Shown piece by piece: positions 1 through 12,513 of a DNA stretch of 33,710 nucleotides. Source of the stretch: Chiloscyllium plagiosum (lineage: Eukaryota); NCBI RefSeq assembly GCF_004010195.1, contig NW_025213909.1, forward strand, positions 1 through 33,710, in the 5' to 3' direction. Under the pieces are notes generated by a model. It saw nothing but the letters and a program-made list of their open reading frames with translations, was not told the DNA's origin and searched no databases. The position numbers were made by a program, and so were the translations under genes. Numbering within the stretch: position 1 is the first letter of the stretch; every line of letters begins with the position of its first letter.

Positions 1-167
1 GCCATGTTTGTCCCTGATCAGTTGCAGCCAGACGTTTCACTGTTTCCCTGTTTATCTCAGGCAGTGCTCCCTCTCAAATTCAACTCATGGCACTCTGCTT
101 CTGCTCCCCAGTTATTGTTTGTCCTTTATGGAGATCACTTTAAAACTTCATCATCCCTCTGAATTCC

Positions 168-3100
168 GACCCAGCCTGATGCTCACAGCCGTCCACACGC
201 TGCCCACAGCCTGACCCTCTCTGCCGTCCACACGCCGTCACCAGACTGACTCTCACTGCAGTCCAACACTGCCCCAGCATGACCCTCACCACGGTCCACA
301 CAACAGCACCAGCCTGTCCCTCACCGCAGTTCAACACCTTCCCAGCCTGACCCTCACCGCCGCCCACAACCCCACCAGCCTTATCATCACCACCATCCAC
401 AAACCCCCTCCAGCCTGCCCCTCACCACCAACCACACACCGCCCCTAGCCTTATCATCACCACCATCCACACACCACCCCATGCTGGACTCTCCCCTCCG
501 CCCACACACCGCACCCAGCCTGATGCTCTCGGATGTCCAACACTGACCCAAGCCTGACCCTCATCGCCATCCACACCTAACCCCCAGCTTGACCCTCACC
601 GTCGTCCACAATGACCCCAGCCTGACCCTCACCACCATCCACACGCCACCTCCAGCCTGACCCTCACCGCCGTCCACACACTGCCCCCAGATTGACCCTC
701 ACTGCCATCCACGCACCGCCCCCAGCTTGACACTCACTGCCATCCACACACCTCCCTTAGCCTGACCATCACTGCCATCACACACCTCCCCCACCCTGAC
801 CCTCACCACGGTCCACCAATGACCCCAGCCTGACACTCACCACCGTCCATTCACCAACCCCAGCCTGACCGTCACCACTGTTCACACATCGCCCCAGCCA
901 GTCCCTCACTGCCATGCACACACCACCCCAAGCCTGGCCGTCACCACCATCCACACGCCGCAACCAGGCTGTCCCACACCGCCGCCAGCTTGACCTTTCC
1001 TGCCGTCCCCAGCCTGTTCCTCACTGCCATCCACACCCCGACCCCAGTCTGACCCTCACTGCCGTCCACACACCGCTACCAGGCTGTCCCACACCGCCGC
1101 CAGCTTGACCTTTCCTGCCGTCCACACACCGACCCCAAATTACCCCTCACCACCATCCAACACCGCCCCCAGCCTGCCCCTCACAGCCCTCTACACACCA
1201 CCCCCAGCCTGACACTCACCACCGTCCACACAAAGCCCCCAGCCTGACCCTCACCGTCATTCATACACGTACCCCAGCCTGATCGTCACCACCATCCACA
1301 CACCACCATCAGCCTGACCCCCACTGTCGTTCACACACAGGCCCCAGCCTGACCGTACCCTCTGCCCACACACCACCCCCAGCCTGAGCCGCACCGTCGC
1401 CACACACCGCCCCAGCCTGACCCTCACTGCCGTCCACACGCCACCCACAGCCTGTCCCTCACTGCCATCCGCACACTGCCCCCAGCCTGACCCTTACTGC
1501 CGTCCACAAGCCGTCCCCAGACTGACTCTCACCGCCGTCCAGCACCACCCCAGCCTGACGCTCACCGCCATCAACGCAGTGCCACCAGGCTGACCCTCAC
1601 CGCCGTCCACCAACTGCCCCTAGCCTGACGCCCACTGCCGTCCAACACTGCCATAAACCTGATCGTCACCACCATCCACACACTGCCCCCAGCCTGCCCC
1701 CCACTGTCGTTCACAGACAGGCCCCAGCCTGACCCCCACCGCTGCCCAACACCACCTCCAGCCTGAACCTCACCGCCACCCACACACCGCCACCAGCCTC
1801 ACACCTATTGCCGTCAAGACACTGCCCCCAGACAGACCCTCATTGACGTCGAACACAGCGCCTCCAGCCTGACCCTCACTGCAGTCCACCGACCGCAGCC
1901 AGCCTGACCTTCACCACCGTCCACACGCCGCCACTAACCTGACCCTCACTGCTGAACACCAACCGCCCCTACACTGACCCTCACCGCCATCCAACACCAC
2001 CCCAGTCGGACCCTCAACGCCGCCCACACACCGTCTTTAGCCTGACCCTCACCGCTATCCCCACACCACCCCAGCCTGACCCACATCAATGCTAACACAC
2101 CGTCCACAGCCTGACCCTCACCATTATCCACACACCGTCCCCACACTGTCCATCAATGCCGTCCACACAATGGTCCCAGCTTGATGCTCACCACCGTCCA
2201 CACACCAATCCCAGCCTGACCCTCAACGCCATCCAACACTGACCCAGCCTGACTCTCACCGCCGTTCCCACACCGCACCCACCCTGACCCTCACTGCCGT
2301 CCACACACTGCACCCTGCCTGACCCTCACCGCTGTCTACACACCACCCCTAGCTTGACCCTCACCGCTGTCCACATGCTGCACCCAGCCTGAACCTCATC
2401 GACGCCAAACACACCATCCACAGCGTGACCCTCACCGCCATCCACCACCGCCCACAGCCTGACAACCACCTCCCTCCACACACCACCCCCAGCTTGACCC
2501 TCACCACTGTCCACACACCATCCCCAGCTTGATACTCACTGATGTCCATGCACAAGTCCCAGCGTGACCCTCATCAACGTCGAACACAACGCTCACAGCA
2601 TGACTCACACCGTTGTCCACCAACTGCCCCCAGGCTGACCCCCACAACCGTCCACCCATCGCCCCCAGCCTCAACCCCACTGCCGTCCACACACCGCCCC
2701 TAGCCTGACCCTCAACGCCATCCAACACTGACCCAAGCCTGATCCTCGCTGCCGTCCAAACACTGCCCCCAGCCTGACCCTCAATGCCACCAACACAGCC
2801 CACACCCTGACCCTCACTGCCGTCCAAACTCCGCCCCCAGCCTGACCCTCACAGCTGTCCAAACGTCGCCCCTAACCTGACCCTCACTGCCATCCACACA
2901 CTGCCCCAAGCCTGACTCTCACTGCCATCCACACATCGCCCCCAGCCAGACCCATACTGTTGTTCACACACCGCCCCCAGACTTACCGTACCCTCAGATC
3001 ACACACCTCCTCCAGCCTGACCCCCACCACTGCCCAACACCACCCCCAGCTTGAACCTCACCGTCACCCACACACCGCCACCAGCCTGACACCTATTGCC

Positions 3101-6100
3101 GTCAACACACCGCCCCCAGACAGACCCTCATTGACGTCGATCTCAGCGCCTCCAGCCTGACCCTCACTGCAGTCCACCAACCGCCCCCACCCTGACCCTC
3201 ACTGCCATCCAATACCGCCCCAGTCGGATCCTCAACGCCGCTCACACACCGTCCTTAGCCTGAGCCTCAACGCCATCCAACACTGACCCAGCCTGACCCT
3301 CACCGCCGTCCGCACACCGCACCCATCCTGACCCACACTGCTGTCCACTCGCTGCCCCCAGCCTGACCCTCATCGACGTGAAAAACACCGTCCACAGTGT
3401 GACCCTCACTGCCATCCACCACTGCCCCCAGCCTGACACCCACCTCCCTCCACACACCACCCCCAGCCTGACCCTCAACGCCGTCCACACACCACTGCCA
3501 GCCTGACCCCCACCATCGTCCACACATCGCCCCCAGCCTGACCCTCAATGCCATCCAACAGTGACCCAAGCCTGAAGCTCACCACCATCCAACACTGACC
3601 CAAGCCTGACCCTCACTGCCGTCCACACACCACACCCTGCCTGACCCTCACCGCTGTCTACACACCGCTCGTAGCCTGACCCTCACCGCCGACCACACGC
3701 TGCCCCAGCCTGACCCTCACCACAATCCACACACCATCTCCAGCCTGACCCTCATCGACATCGAACACACCGCCCATAGCCTTACTCCCACCGCCGTCCA
3801 CAAACCAACCCCATACTGACCCCCACCGCCGTCCAACATTGCCACAAGTCTGACCCTCACCGCCGCCCACACACCACCCCCAGCTTGACCCTCAATGCCG
3901 ACCACACACCACCCATAGCCTGAACCTCATCGCTGCCCACACACTGCGACCAGCCTGACCCTCACCATCATCCACACACTGCTCCCAGCCTGACGCGCAC
4001 CACCGTCCACACACCACCCACAGCCTGAACTTCACCGCCGTCCACACACCGCCCCCAGCCTGACCCTCAATACCATCCAACACTGACCCAGCCTGACCCT
4101 CACCGCCGGCCGCACACTGCACCCACCCTGACCCTCACTGCCGTCCACACACTGCACCCTGCCTGACCCTCACTGCTGTCTACACACCGCCCCTAGCCTG
4201 ACTCTCACCACTGTCCACACGCTGCCCCCAGCCTCACCCTCATCGACGTCAAACACACTGTCCACAGCGTGACCCTCACCGCCGTCCACCACCGCTCCCA
4301 GCCTGACAAGCAAATCCGTCCACCAATAGCCTACAGCCTGACCCTCACCACCGTCCACACACCGCCCCCAGCCTGACACTCACTGACGTGACACGCATCA
4401 CCCCCAGCGTGACCCTCATCGACGTCGAACTAACTGCTCACAGCCTGACCCTCACCGCCGTCCACCAACTTCTCCCAGGTGACCCCCACCACCGTCCAAC
4501 CATCGCCCCCAGCCTGACCCCCACCACCGTCAATCACTACCACAAACCTGACCCTCACCACCGTCCATACACCGCCCCCAGTCTGACCCCTACCGCCGTC
4601 CAACTCCGCCCCCAGCCTGTCCCTTACTGCCATCCACACACTACACCAAACCTGACCCCTACTGCCGTCCACACGCCGCCTCCAGCCTGTCCATCACTGC
4701 TATCCTCACACACCCCCAGCCTGACCCTCACAGCCGTCCACACCCCGTCCCCAGCCTACCTCTCACAGCTGTCCAGCACCGCCCCAGTCTGACTCTCACC
4801 GCCATCTACACACCGCCCCCAGCCTGACCCTCACCGCCGTCCATACACCGTCCCTAGCCTAACTCTCATGGCCGTCCAACACTGCCCCAGTCTGACTCTC
4901 ACCGCCATGTACACACCGTCCCCTGCCTGACCTTCACCACCATCTACACACCACCCCCAGCCTGACCCTCACCGCTGTCAACACACCTCCCCCAGCCTGA
5001 CCCTCACCACTGCCCACACACCGCCCACAGCGTGACCCTCACCACCGCCCACATACATCCCCAGACTGACCCTCACCACCGCCCACTCACTGTCCCCAGA
5101 CTGACCCTCACAGTCATCCACACACAACCCCAGCCTGACCCTCACTGCCAACCACACACCACCCATAACTTGACCCTCACCGCCGTCCACACACCATCCC
5201 CAGCCTGACCCTCACTGGCGTCCATACCCCCCCGCCTGATCCTCACCGTCATCCACACACCATCCCCAGACTGACCAGCAATGCCGTCCACACACTGCTC
5301 CCAGCCTGATGCTCACCACTGTCAACACACCACTCCCCTCCTGAACTCCACCGCTGTCCACACACCACCCCCAGCCTGACCCTCAACGCCATCCAACACT
5401 GACCCAAGCCTGACGCTCACCACCGTCCAACACTGACCCAGCCTGACCCTCGCCATCGTCCGCACACGGCACCCACCCTGACCCTCACTGCCGTCCAAAC
5501 ACCGCACCCTGCCTGACCCTCCCCGCTGTCTACACACCGCTCCTAGCCTAACCCTCACCGCTGTCCACACGCTGCCCCCAGCCTGAAACACTCCGCCATC
5601 CACATACCGCCAGCAACTGCCCCAGCCTGACTCTCATCACCGCCCACACACCACCCCAGCCTGACCCTCATCGACGTCAAACACACCGTCCACAGCGTGA
5701 TCCTCATTGCCGTTCACCACCGCCCCCAGCCTGACAACCACCTCCGCCCACCAACTGCCCACAGCCTGACAACCACCTCCCTCCAAACACCACCCCCAGC
5801 CTGACCCTCATCGCCGACCACACACCGCCCCAACCTGACCCATACCACCATCCACACCGCACCCGCAGCCTGACACTCATTGACGTCCACGCACCATCCC
5901 CAGCGTGACCCTCATCGACGTCGAACAGACCGATCACAGCGTGACCCTCACCACCGCCCACCACTGCCCCCAGGCTGATCCCCTCCACTGTCCACCCATC
6001 GCCGCCTGCCTGACTCACACCGCCGTCAAACGCTACCACAAACCTGACCCCTACCGCCATCCAACACCAGCCCCAGCCTGTTCCTCACTGCAGTCCACAC

Positions 6101-7975
6101 ACCGCACCAAGCCTGACCCCTACCGCCGTCCACACGCCGCCCCCAGCCTGTCCCTCACTGCTATCTTCACACGCCCCCAGCCTGACACTCACAGATGTCC
6201 ACACCCCGTCCCCAGCCTGACTCTCACAGCCGTCCAGCACCGCCACAGTCTGACTCTCACTGCCATCTCCACACCGACCCCAGCTTGACTCTCACTGCCA
6301 TCTACACACCACCCCCAGCCTGACCCTCACTGCCGTCCAACCACCGCCCACAGCCTGACCCTCACCAGCGTCCAACACCGTCCCCAGCCTGACACTCACC
6401 ACCGTCCACACACCGCCCCAGCCTGACCCTCATTACTGCCCACACACCGCCCCCAGCCTGACCCTCACCACCGTCTCCACACCACCCAGAGCCTGACCCC
6501 CACCGTTGTTCACACACAGACACCAGCCTGACCGGCCCTTCCGAACACACAGCGCCCCCAGCCTGACCCCCACCGCTGCCCAACACCGCCTCCAACCTGA
6601 ATGTCACCGCCATCCACGTACCGCACCCAGCCTGACCCTCACCACCGTCCACACAACACCCATCAGCCTGACCCGCACCACCGTCCACACACCACCCACA
6701 GCGTGACCCTCACCACCATCCACACACCGTCGCCAGCCTGACCCTCACCACCGTCCATACACTACCTCCAGCCTGACCCTCATCGACGTCGAACACACCA
6801 CCCTCAGCCTGACTCTCACCGCGGTGCACCAACTGCACCCAGTCTGACCCCCACCGCCGTCCACCAACCGCCTCCAGCCTGACCCCCATCGCCGTCCAAC
6901 ACTGCCACAAGCTAACCCTCACAGCCGTCCAATACCGTCCCAGACTGGCCCTCACTGCCGCCCACACACCGCCCCTAGACTGACCCTCACCACCGACCAT
7001 GCACCACCCCTAGCCTGTCCCTCACCGCTGACCACACACCACCCCCAGCCTGACCCTCACCACTGCCCAGACACCGCGCCCAGCCTGACCCTCACCACTG
7101 CCCACCCACTGCCCACAGCCTGAGCCTCACCACCGTCCACACAACGCTCCCAGCCTGCCCCCCACTGCCGTCCACACACCGCCCCCAGCCTGACCCTCAA
7201 CGCCATCCAACACTGACCCAAACCTTACGCTCACCACCATCCAAAACTGACTCAAGCCTGACCCTCACTGCCGTCCATCCACCACTCCCAGCCTGACCCT
7301 CACCGCTGTCCACGCACCGCACCCATCCTGACCGTCAACAGCATTCAATACCGCTCCCAGCCTGACCCTCACCGCCATCCACACATCGCCCCCAGCCTGA
7401 CCCTCACTGCCGTCCACACACCTCCCCCAGCCTAACCCTCACCACCGTCCACAACCTGTCCCAGCCTGACCCTCACTGCCGTCCACACACCGCCCCCACC
7501 CTGACCTTCAACGCCGTCCAACACCACCCACAGCATGAACCTCACTGCCCCTCCACACACTGCCCCAAGTCTGACCCCCACCACCGTCCAAACCTGCACC
7601 CAGCTTGACCCTCACCAACATTCAACACCGCCACCTGTCTGACCCTCACCAGCATTCAAAACCGCTCCCAGCCTGACCCACACCGCCATCCACACACTGC
7701 CCCTGCCTGACCCTCACTGCCGTCCACACACCGCCCCCAGCCTAACCCTCACCACCGTCCACACAGCACCCCCAGCTTGATCCTCACCGCCGTCCACACT
7801 TTACCCCCAGCCTGGTCCTCACTGCCGTCCACACACAAACCCCAGCCTGAACCTCACTGCCGTCCACATACCGCCCCCAACCTGACCATCACCGCCGTCC
7901 ACACACGGCGCCCAGCCTGACCCTCACTGCCGTCCACACACACCACAGCCTGACCCTCACCGCCGTCCAACCCCG
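168..7975. repeat. C-rich satellite/minisatellite array, ~33-35 bp unit (consensus ~CCCCCAGCCTGACCCTCACCGCCGTCCACACACCG), roughly 220 diverged copies
   Basis: CAGCCTGACCCTCAC recurs throughout (e.g. 7393 and 7428, 35 bp apart). The many short Gly/Val- or Pro/Thr/His-rich ORFs here are translations of the repeat. Confidence 0.95.
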
Positions 7976-8074
7976 CCTCACCTTCCTCCCACACTCAGCA
8001 ACACACCCCACACCCAAACCCATGCCCGCTGCTCCCATCCAACACTGCTACCCCGCCACGAATCCACTCCCCAA

Positions 8075-8500
8075 CCCCTTCCTGATTAAAAGTCTCTTCA
8101 TCTCTGCTTGAATATACCTCATAACACAGCCTCAACAACCCTGTGTGGTAAAGAATTTCACAGATCAGCTCTGCTCACAGAGGATAAATTCCTGCCCATC
8201 TCTATCTTCAATGAGCAAAGTCCCTTATTCTGAGACAATGCCCCTCTGGTCCTAGACTCTCCCACACAAGGGGAAGCGAATTCTTTCTATCTCTCATTTC
8301 AATTCCCTCTATGACTCTTCAATCAGGTCACCTCTCATTCTTCTAAACGCCAATGAGAACAGGCCCGGTCCGTTCAACCTTTTCCTCGTCAGTAACTCTC
8401 TCCATATCCGGGATTAACTGAGTGAACATTCTCTGGATTGCCTCATTGCCCAGATTAGGTTTCCTCACAAATTGGGACCCAGAACTGACCACATTATTTC
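8075..8500 (-). mobile_element. CR1-type LINE 3' fragment, degenerate
   Basis: Reverse-strand sequence resembles the C-terminal ORF2/3' region of shark CR1 LINEs (…tgtggtaaagaatttcacagat…, …cctagactctccca…, …cctctcattcttctaaac…), similar to other CR1 copies in this window. Confidence 0.7.
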
Positions 8501-8539
8501 AAATTAGTAAAATATTAGGTTAAAGTAATTTGCTGCATT

Positions 8540-10398
8540 TTGGTCTCTGACCCCTCTCTATCGCTTGCGCCCCTCTCTCTCCCCCTCACCCTAACTCTCC
8601 CTGCTCATTCACTGTCCCTGCACATTCTCTCTCTCTCGCCCACTTTCGCTCTGTCGCTCTCTACCTACCATCTCGTCCCTCTGTCTGTCTCTCTCTCTTT
8701 CTCTCTCTCTGTCACTCACTCTCTCTTTGTCTTTCACTTTCTCTCTCTAGACCCATCTCCCCCCTTGCTCACTCTCTCTCTCAAGTCACTATCGCCTAAT
8801 CTCTATCTCTCTCTCTCCCCTTCTCTCTCTCGTTATCGCCCCCTGTCTCGCTTTCTCTTGCCACCATCCCCTCCCTTTCTTGCCCCCTCTCTCTCTGTAT
8901 TGCTCAGCTCCACTCTTTCTCTCACTCAGCCTCTCTCTCTCAATCTCTCTCTCTCATCCTCTCTATCACGCTCTCTCTAATGCTCGCCCTCTGTCTGTCC
9001 TTCTCGCTCTCTCTCCTCGTATGTCTCTCTCTCGCTATCTCCCTCTCTCACCTCCTCTCTCTCGCCCCACTCTTTCGCTCCCTCGCTCTCATCCTCTCTC
9101 TTCTGCTGTCCCCCTTGTCCCTTCTCTCTCACTCTTGACTGCCCTCTCGCAGCCTTCTCTCCTTCTCCCCCATCCTCACTCTTTCCTCTCTCTCACCATC
9201 GCTCCATCGCTCGCTCACTCGCCCTGTCTGTTTATCTCTCCCCTGTCTCTCTCTCTACCTTTCTCTCGCTGACTCTCTTCGGTCCCCTTATTCTCTCTCT
9301 CCCGTTTCTTTTCTCCCTCTCTCTTACTCTGTCTGTCTCTTTCTCTCTCTCTCTTTCTGTCTCGCCCTGTCTTGCCCCTGCACTCTCGCTGTCAACCTTT
9401 CTCTCTCCCACCCCCTCTTTGTCAAACCCCCTCTCACGGGATCCTCTCTCCTTATGACCTTCCTCTCTCCCTCTCTCTCTCNNNNNNNNNNNNNNNNNNN
9501 NNNNNNNNNNNNNNNNNNNNNNNNNNNNNNNNNNNNNNNNNNNNNNNNNNNNNNNNNNNNNNNNNNNNNNNNNNNNNNNNNNNNNNNNNNNNNNNNNNNN
9601 NNNNNNNNNNNNNNNNNNNNNNNNNNNNNNNNNNNNNNNNNNNNNNNNNNNNNNNNNNNNNNNCTCGCTCTCTCTCTCCTCGCTCTCTCTCTCACTCCCT
9701 CCCTCTCACATCTATGTCTCACTCGCCCCATTTTTCTCTCTCTCACTCACCTCATCACTCTCTCACCCACTCTAACTCTCTCTTGCCCAGTCTCTCTCGC
9801 CCTCACAAACTCTCTCTCACTCGCCCTCTCACTCAGTCTCCCGCCTGCTTCCTTGCCCCTCTCTCTCGATCCCCCCTCTCTCTCTCTCGACCCTCTTTCT
9901 CTAGCCACCTCTACCTCTCTCGACCTCCCGCTTTTTTGCCCCTCTCTTGATCTCTCACCCCTGCCTCTCTTTTTCTCAGCCCTCATTCACTCTATCTCCC
10001 CTCTCTCCTCTTCTCTCTCTCTCGCCTCCCCATCTCTCTCTTCCACTTTCTCTCTCCATTTCCTTCTCTCGAAGACTAGCCCCCTTTCTCTCTTGCTCCC
10101 TCCCTCGCACATCTCTGTCTCTGTCTCTCTCTCTCTCTCTTTCTCGACTCTGTCTCTCATTATCTTCTCCCCTGTCTCTCTCTCTCCCTACTTTCCCTAT
10201 CTCTCTCTTATCCCCTGCTCTCTCTCTCTCTGCTCCTTCACTCTCTCTCCCCGTTCTCTCACTCTCGATCCCCCTCACTCGGTGTCTCTCTCTCCCCACC
10301 TCCCTCCGTTTCTCTGTGACTGAATCTCTCTCCCTCCTGTCCCGCCCTTCCTCTCTCTCTGACACACTCTGTCTCCCTGGTCCTTCCCTCTCCCTCTA
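8540..10398. repeat. Polypyrimidine (CT)n-rich low-complexity tract, containing an assembly gap at 9482-9663
   Basis: Predominantly C/T with degenerate (CT)n runs. The Ser/Leu-rich ORFs are artefacts. Confidence 0.95.
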
Positions 10399-10429
10399 AC
10401 CCAGAGACTGGGAATTGGTAGTGAGTCTG

Positions 10430-10810
10430 CGTGTGGAGGGGGGGTGAGATGATAGAGAGATGTGGGAAGTGGGAGGAGGGGAAAATGGGGTAGAGACGGA
10501 ATTGCGGGAGGGAGACAGAGACGGCAGGAGAGAGAGAGTAAGGGGGAGAGGGAGAGGGAAGAGTGGAGGCAGGTGGAGAATCTCGTGTTGAGGGTGTGAG
10601 AGGGAGATGGGGAGGGTGAGGGAGAATCAATAGTGGAGGCAGGTGGAGAAATCGGGGTTGAGGGGTGCCTGAGAGGGGACGAGCGAGTGAAAGGGAGAGG
10701 AGATGAGAAAGAGACAGTGTGCAGAAAGAGAGGGAGAGGGGGAGAGGTGATGAGAAAGAGTAGGGGACAGGAAGTTGGGAGGCCAGGTTGGAGTGGGAGG
10801 GGTGCAGAGG
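10430..10810. repeat. Polypurine (GA/GGA)-rich low-complexity tract
   Basis: Strongly G/A-biased sequence immediately after the CT tract. Confidence 0.8.
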
Positions 10811-10969
10811 GAGTTAAACGTAGCTCCTGAGCTCAGGGCCCGGTGCCCTCCCCTTCCCTGAGGACCAGGACTTGGGGCTGAGTCTGTCTCTCTCCAGCTC
10901 AGCTTCTCCAACACAAAGACACACAACAACATCGGTCACTCTGCTGTTCAGCACACTTTAATGAACATT

Positions 10970-10975
10970 TTTATT
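10970..10975 (-). promoter_or_regulatory. Candidate polyadenylation signal (AATAAA) of the GPCR gene
   Basis: TTTATT on the + strand equals AATAAA on the - strand, ~210 nt downstream of the TAA stop at 11186-11188. Confidence 0.45.
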
Positions 10976-11185
10976 GTTTACAAATGGAAGTAATGGATAC
11001 AGTCAGTGGGATGGTGCCTTTTCTCACTGTCCCCTGAGTTGTGAGAAACATTGAAATGTTTCCCTGTAACCCCCCTGTGGGATAAGGAGGGACAATCCAG
11101 CGCTACCCTCAGTCTGTTACCATAGCGACAGGCTGCTCCATCGCTGAAACACTGAACTGAAATGAGAAAATCCAGGATGGATTGA

Positions 11186-12513
11186 TTAATGAGGGAATTT
11201 GATGGATGGATGGACCTGGGTGAAGGGATATTTCAGCACATTCTTCAGCTGCTGCCTGAACTTAGTCTGGGTCACGACAAATATCGCGGTGTTTGTGCAG
11301 CAACTGAGAGCTGCAGCATGAAGCCCAATTCCAGCACAAAGTAATCGAGATACACAGACCGATANNNNNNNNNNNNNNNNNNNNNNNNNNNNNNNNNNNN
11401 NNNNNNNNNNNNNNNNNNNNNNNNNNNNNNNNNNNNNNNNNNNNNNNNNNNNNNNNNNNNNNNNNNNNNNNNNNNNNNNNNNNNNNNNNNNNNNNNNNNN
11501 NNNNNNNNNNNNNNNNNNNNNNNNNNNNNNNNNNNNNNNNNNNNNNNNNNNNNNNNNNNNNNNNNNNNNNNNNNNNNNNNNNNNNNNNNNNNNNNNNNNN
11601 NNNNNNNNNNNNNNNNNNNNNNNNNNNNNNNNNNNNNNNNNNNNNNNNNNNNNNNNNNNNNNNNNNNNNNNNNNNNNNNNNNNNNNNNNNNNNNNNNNNN
11701 NNNNNNNNNNNNNNNNNNNNNNNNNNNNNNNNNNNNNNNNNNNNNNNNNNNNNNNNNNNNNNNNNNNNNNNNNNNNNNNNNNNNNNNNNNNNNNNNNNNN
11801 NNNNNNNNNAGAAAACAGCATTAACATTGACCATAACAGGATGACATTGGCCGAGATCACAAACAGTAAAATTATGGATTTTTTTCGGTTTCTCATTTCA
11901 GTGTCAGACTGAGCGTCCCCATTGGTGTGAGCGCGGGGTGTCCTGCGGGCTCTGCTGGTCACTACAATGTGTCTGACGGTGAGCACATTGAGCAGCAGAA
12001 TCAGGAGAAATGGGACACACGGGGTTAGAATGTTGTGGAGGAACTCGATTGTGACCCAGATACTGGAGGATAAAGCAGCGTCTGTTACCTCACAAAACCA
12101 GGGGTCGTTCCACATCCAATACCGAGCCGTGAGCATGAAATACCAGGAAATGTTCTTTAAACAGCTGAGCACAGTCACTGCTCCCAGAACCACAGCCGCT
12201 GTTTTCTCACTGCAATATTTACTTTTCAGCTTCTGGCAACAAATGGCCACAAACCGATCAAAGGTGAAAGTGACGGTGAACCAGACAGAGCAGTCAGTGG
12301 CTGCATAAAGCAGGACGGCGTGGATATTACACACGGGGACGGAGTCCCTCAGGAAATAAAACTGTTCCTGATAAACAATGGGAATGTGTCTCAGGATCAG
12401 GTCCAGGACAATGACCAGGAGATCCGCCGCTGCCATGGCCCCCCAGGTACGTCTGACACATGGAGACAATCCACAATCTTTATAAAGCAGGACGTAGATG
12501 GTCACTACATTAA
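11186..12513 (-). CDS. GPR139: GPR139-like class A (rhodopsin-family) GPCR, main coding exon (end of TM1 to C-terminus); interrupted by an N gap and a 1-nt frameshift, possibly a pseudogene
   Basis: Translation shows MAAADLL (TM2), SVWFTVTFTFDRFVAIC (TM3, DRF), TPCVPFLLILLLNVLTVRHI (TM5), KKSIILLFVISAN (TM6) and LELGFMLQL/SCCTNTAIF (TM7). A splice acceptor with a polypyrimidine tract (tttttttttccttcctcacAG, AG at 12515-12514) opens a phase-1 exon starting TT AAT GTA GTG. The symbol denotes the family, not proven orthology. Confidence 0.88.
11365..11809. other. Assembly gap (445 N) inside the GPCR exon
   Basis: Run of N. Confidence 0.99.

Noticed and set aside
140..7000. Dozens of 60-134 aa ORFs (GEGQAGGGVW / PSLTLTAVHT repeats)
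   Set aside because: They are translations of the 35-bp satellite. The unit length is not a multiple of three and frames break constantly.
8540..10630. Long Ser/Leu/Pro- and Arg/Glu-rich ORFs, up to 289 aa
   Set aside because: Products of (CT)n/(GA)n low complexity, partly read through N gaps.
11186..12505. The 439-aa ORF taken as a complete single-exon protein starting at 12505
   Set aside because: The start is a GTG just inside a splice acceptor, TM1 is incomplete, ~148 residues are N, and the segment after the gap is out of frame until SCCTN.
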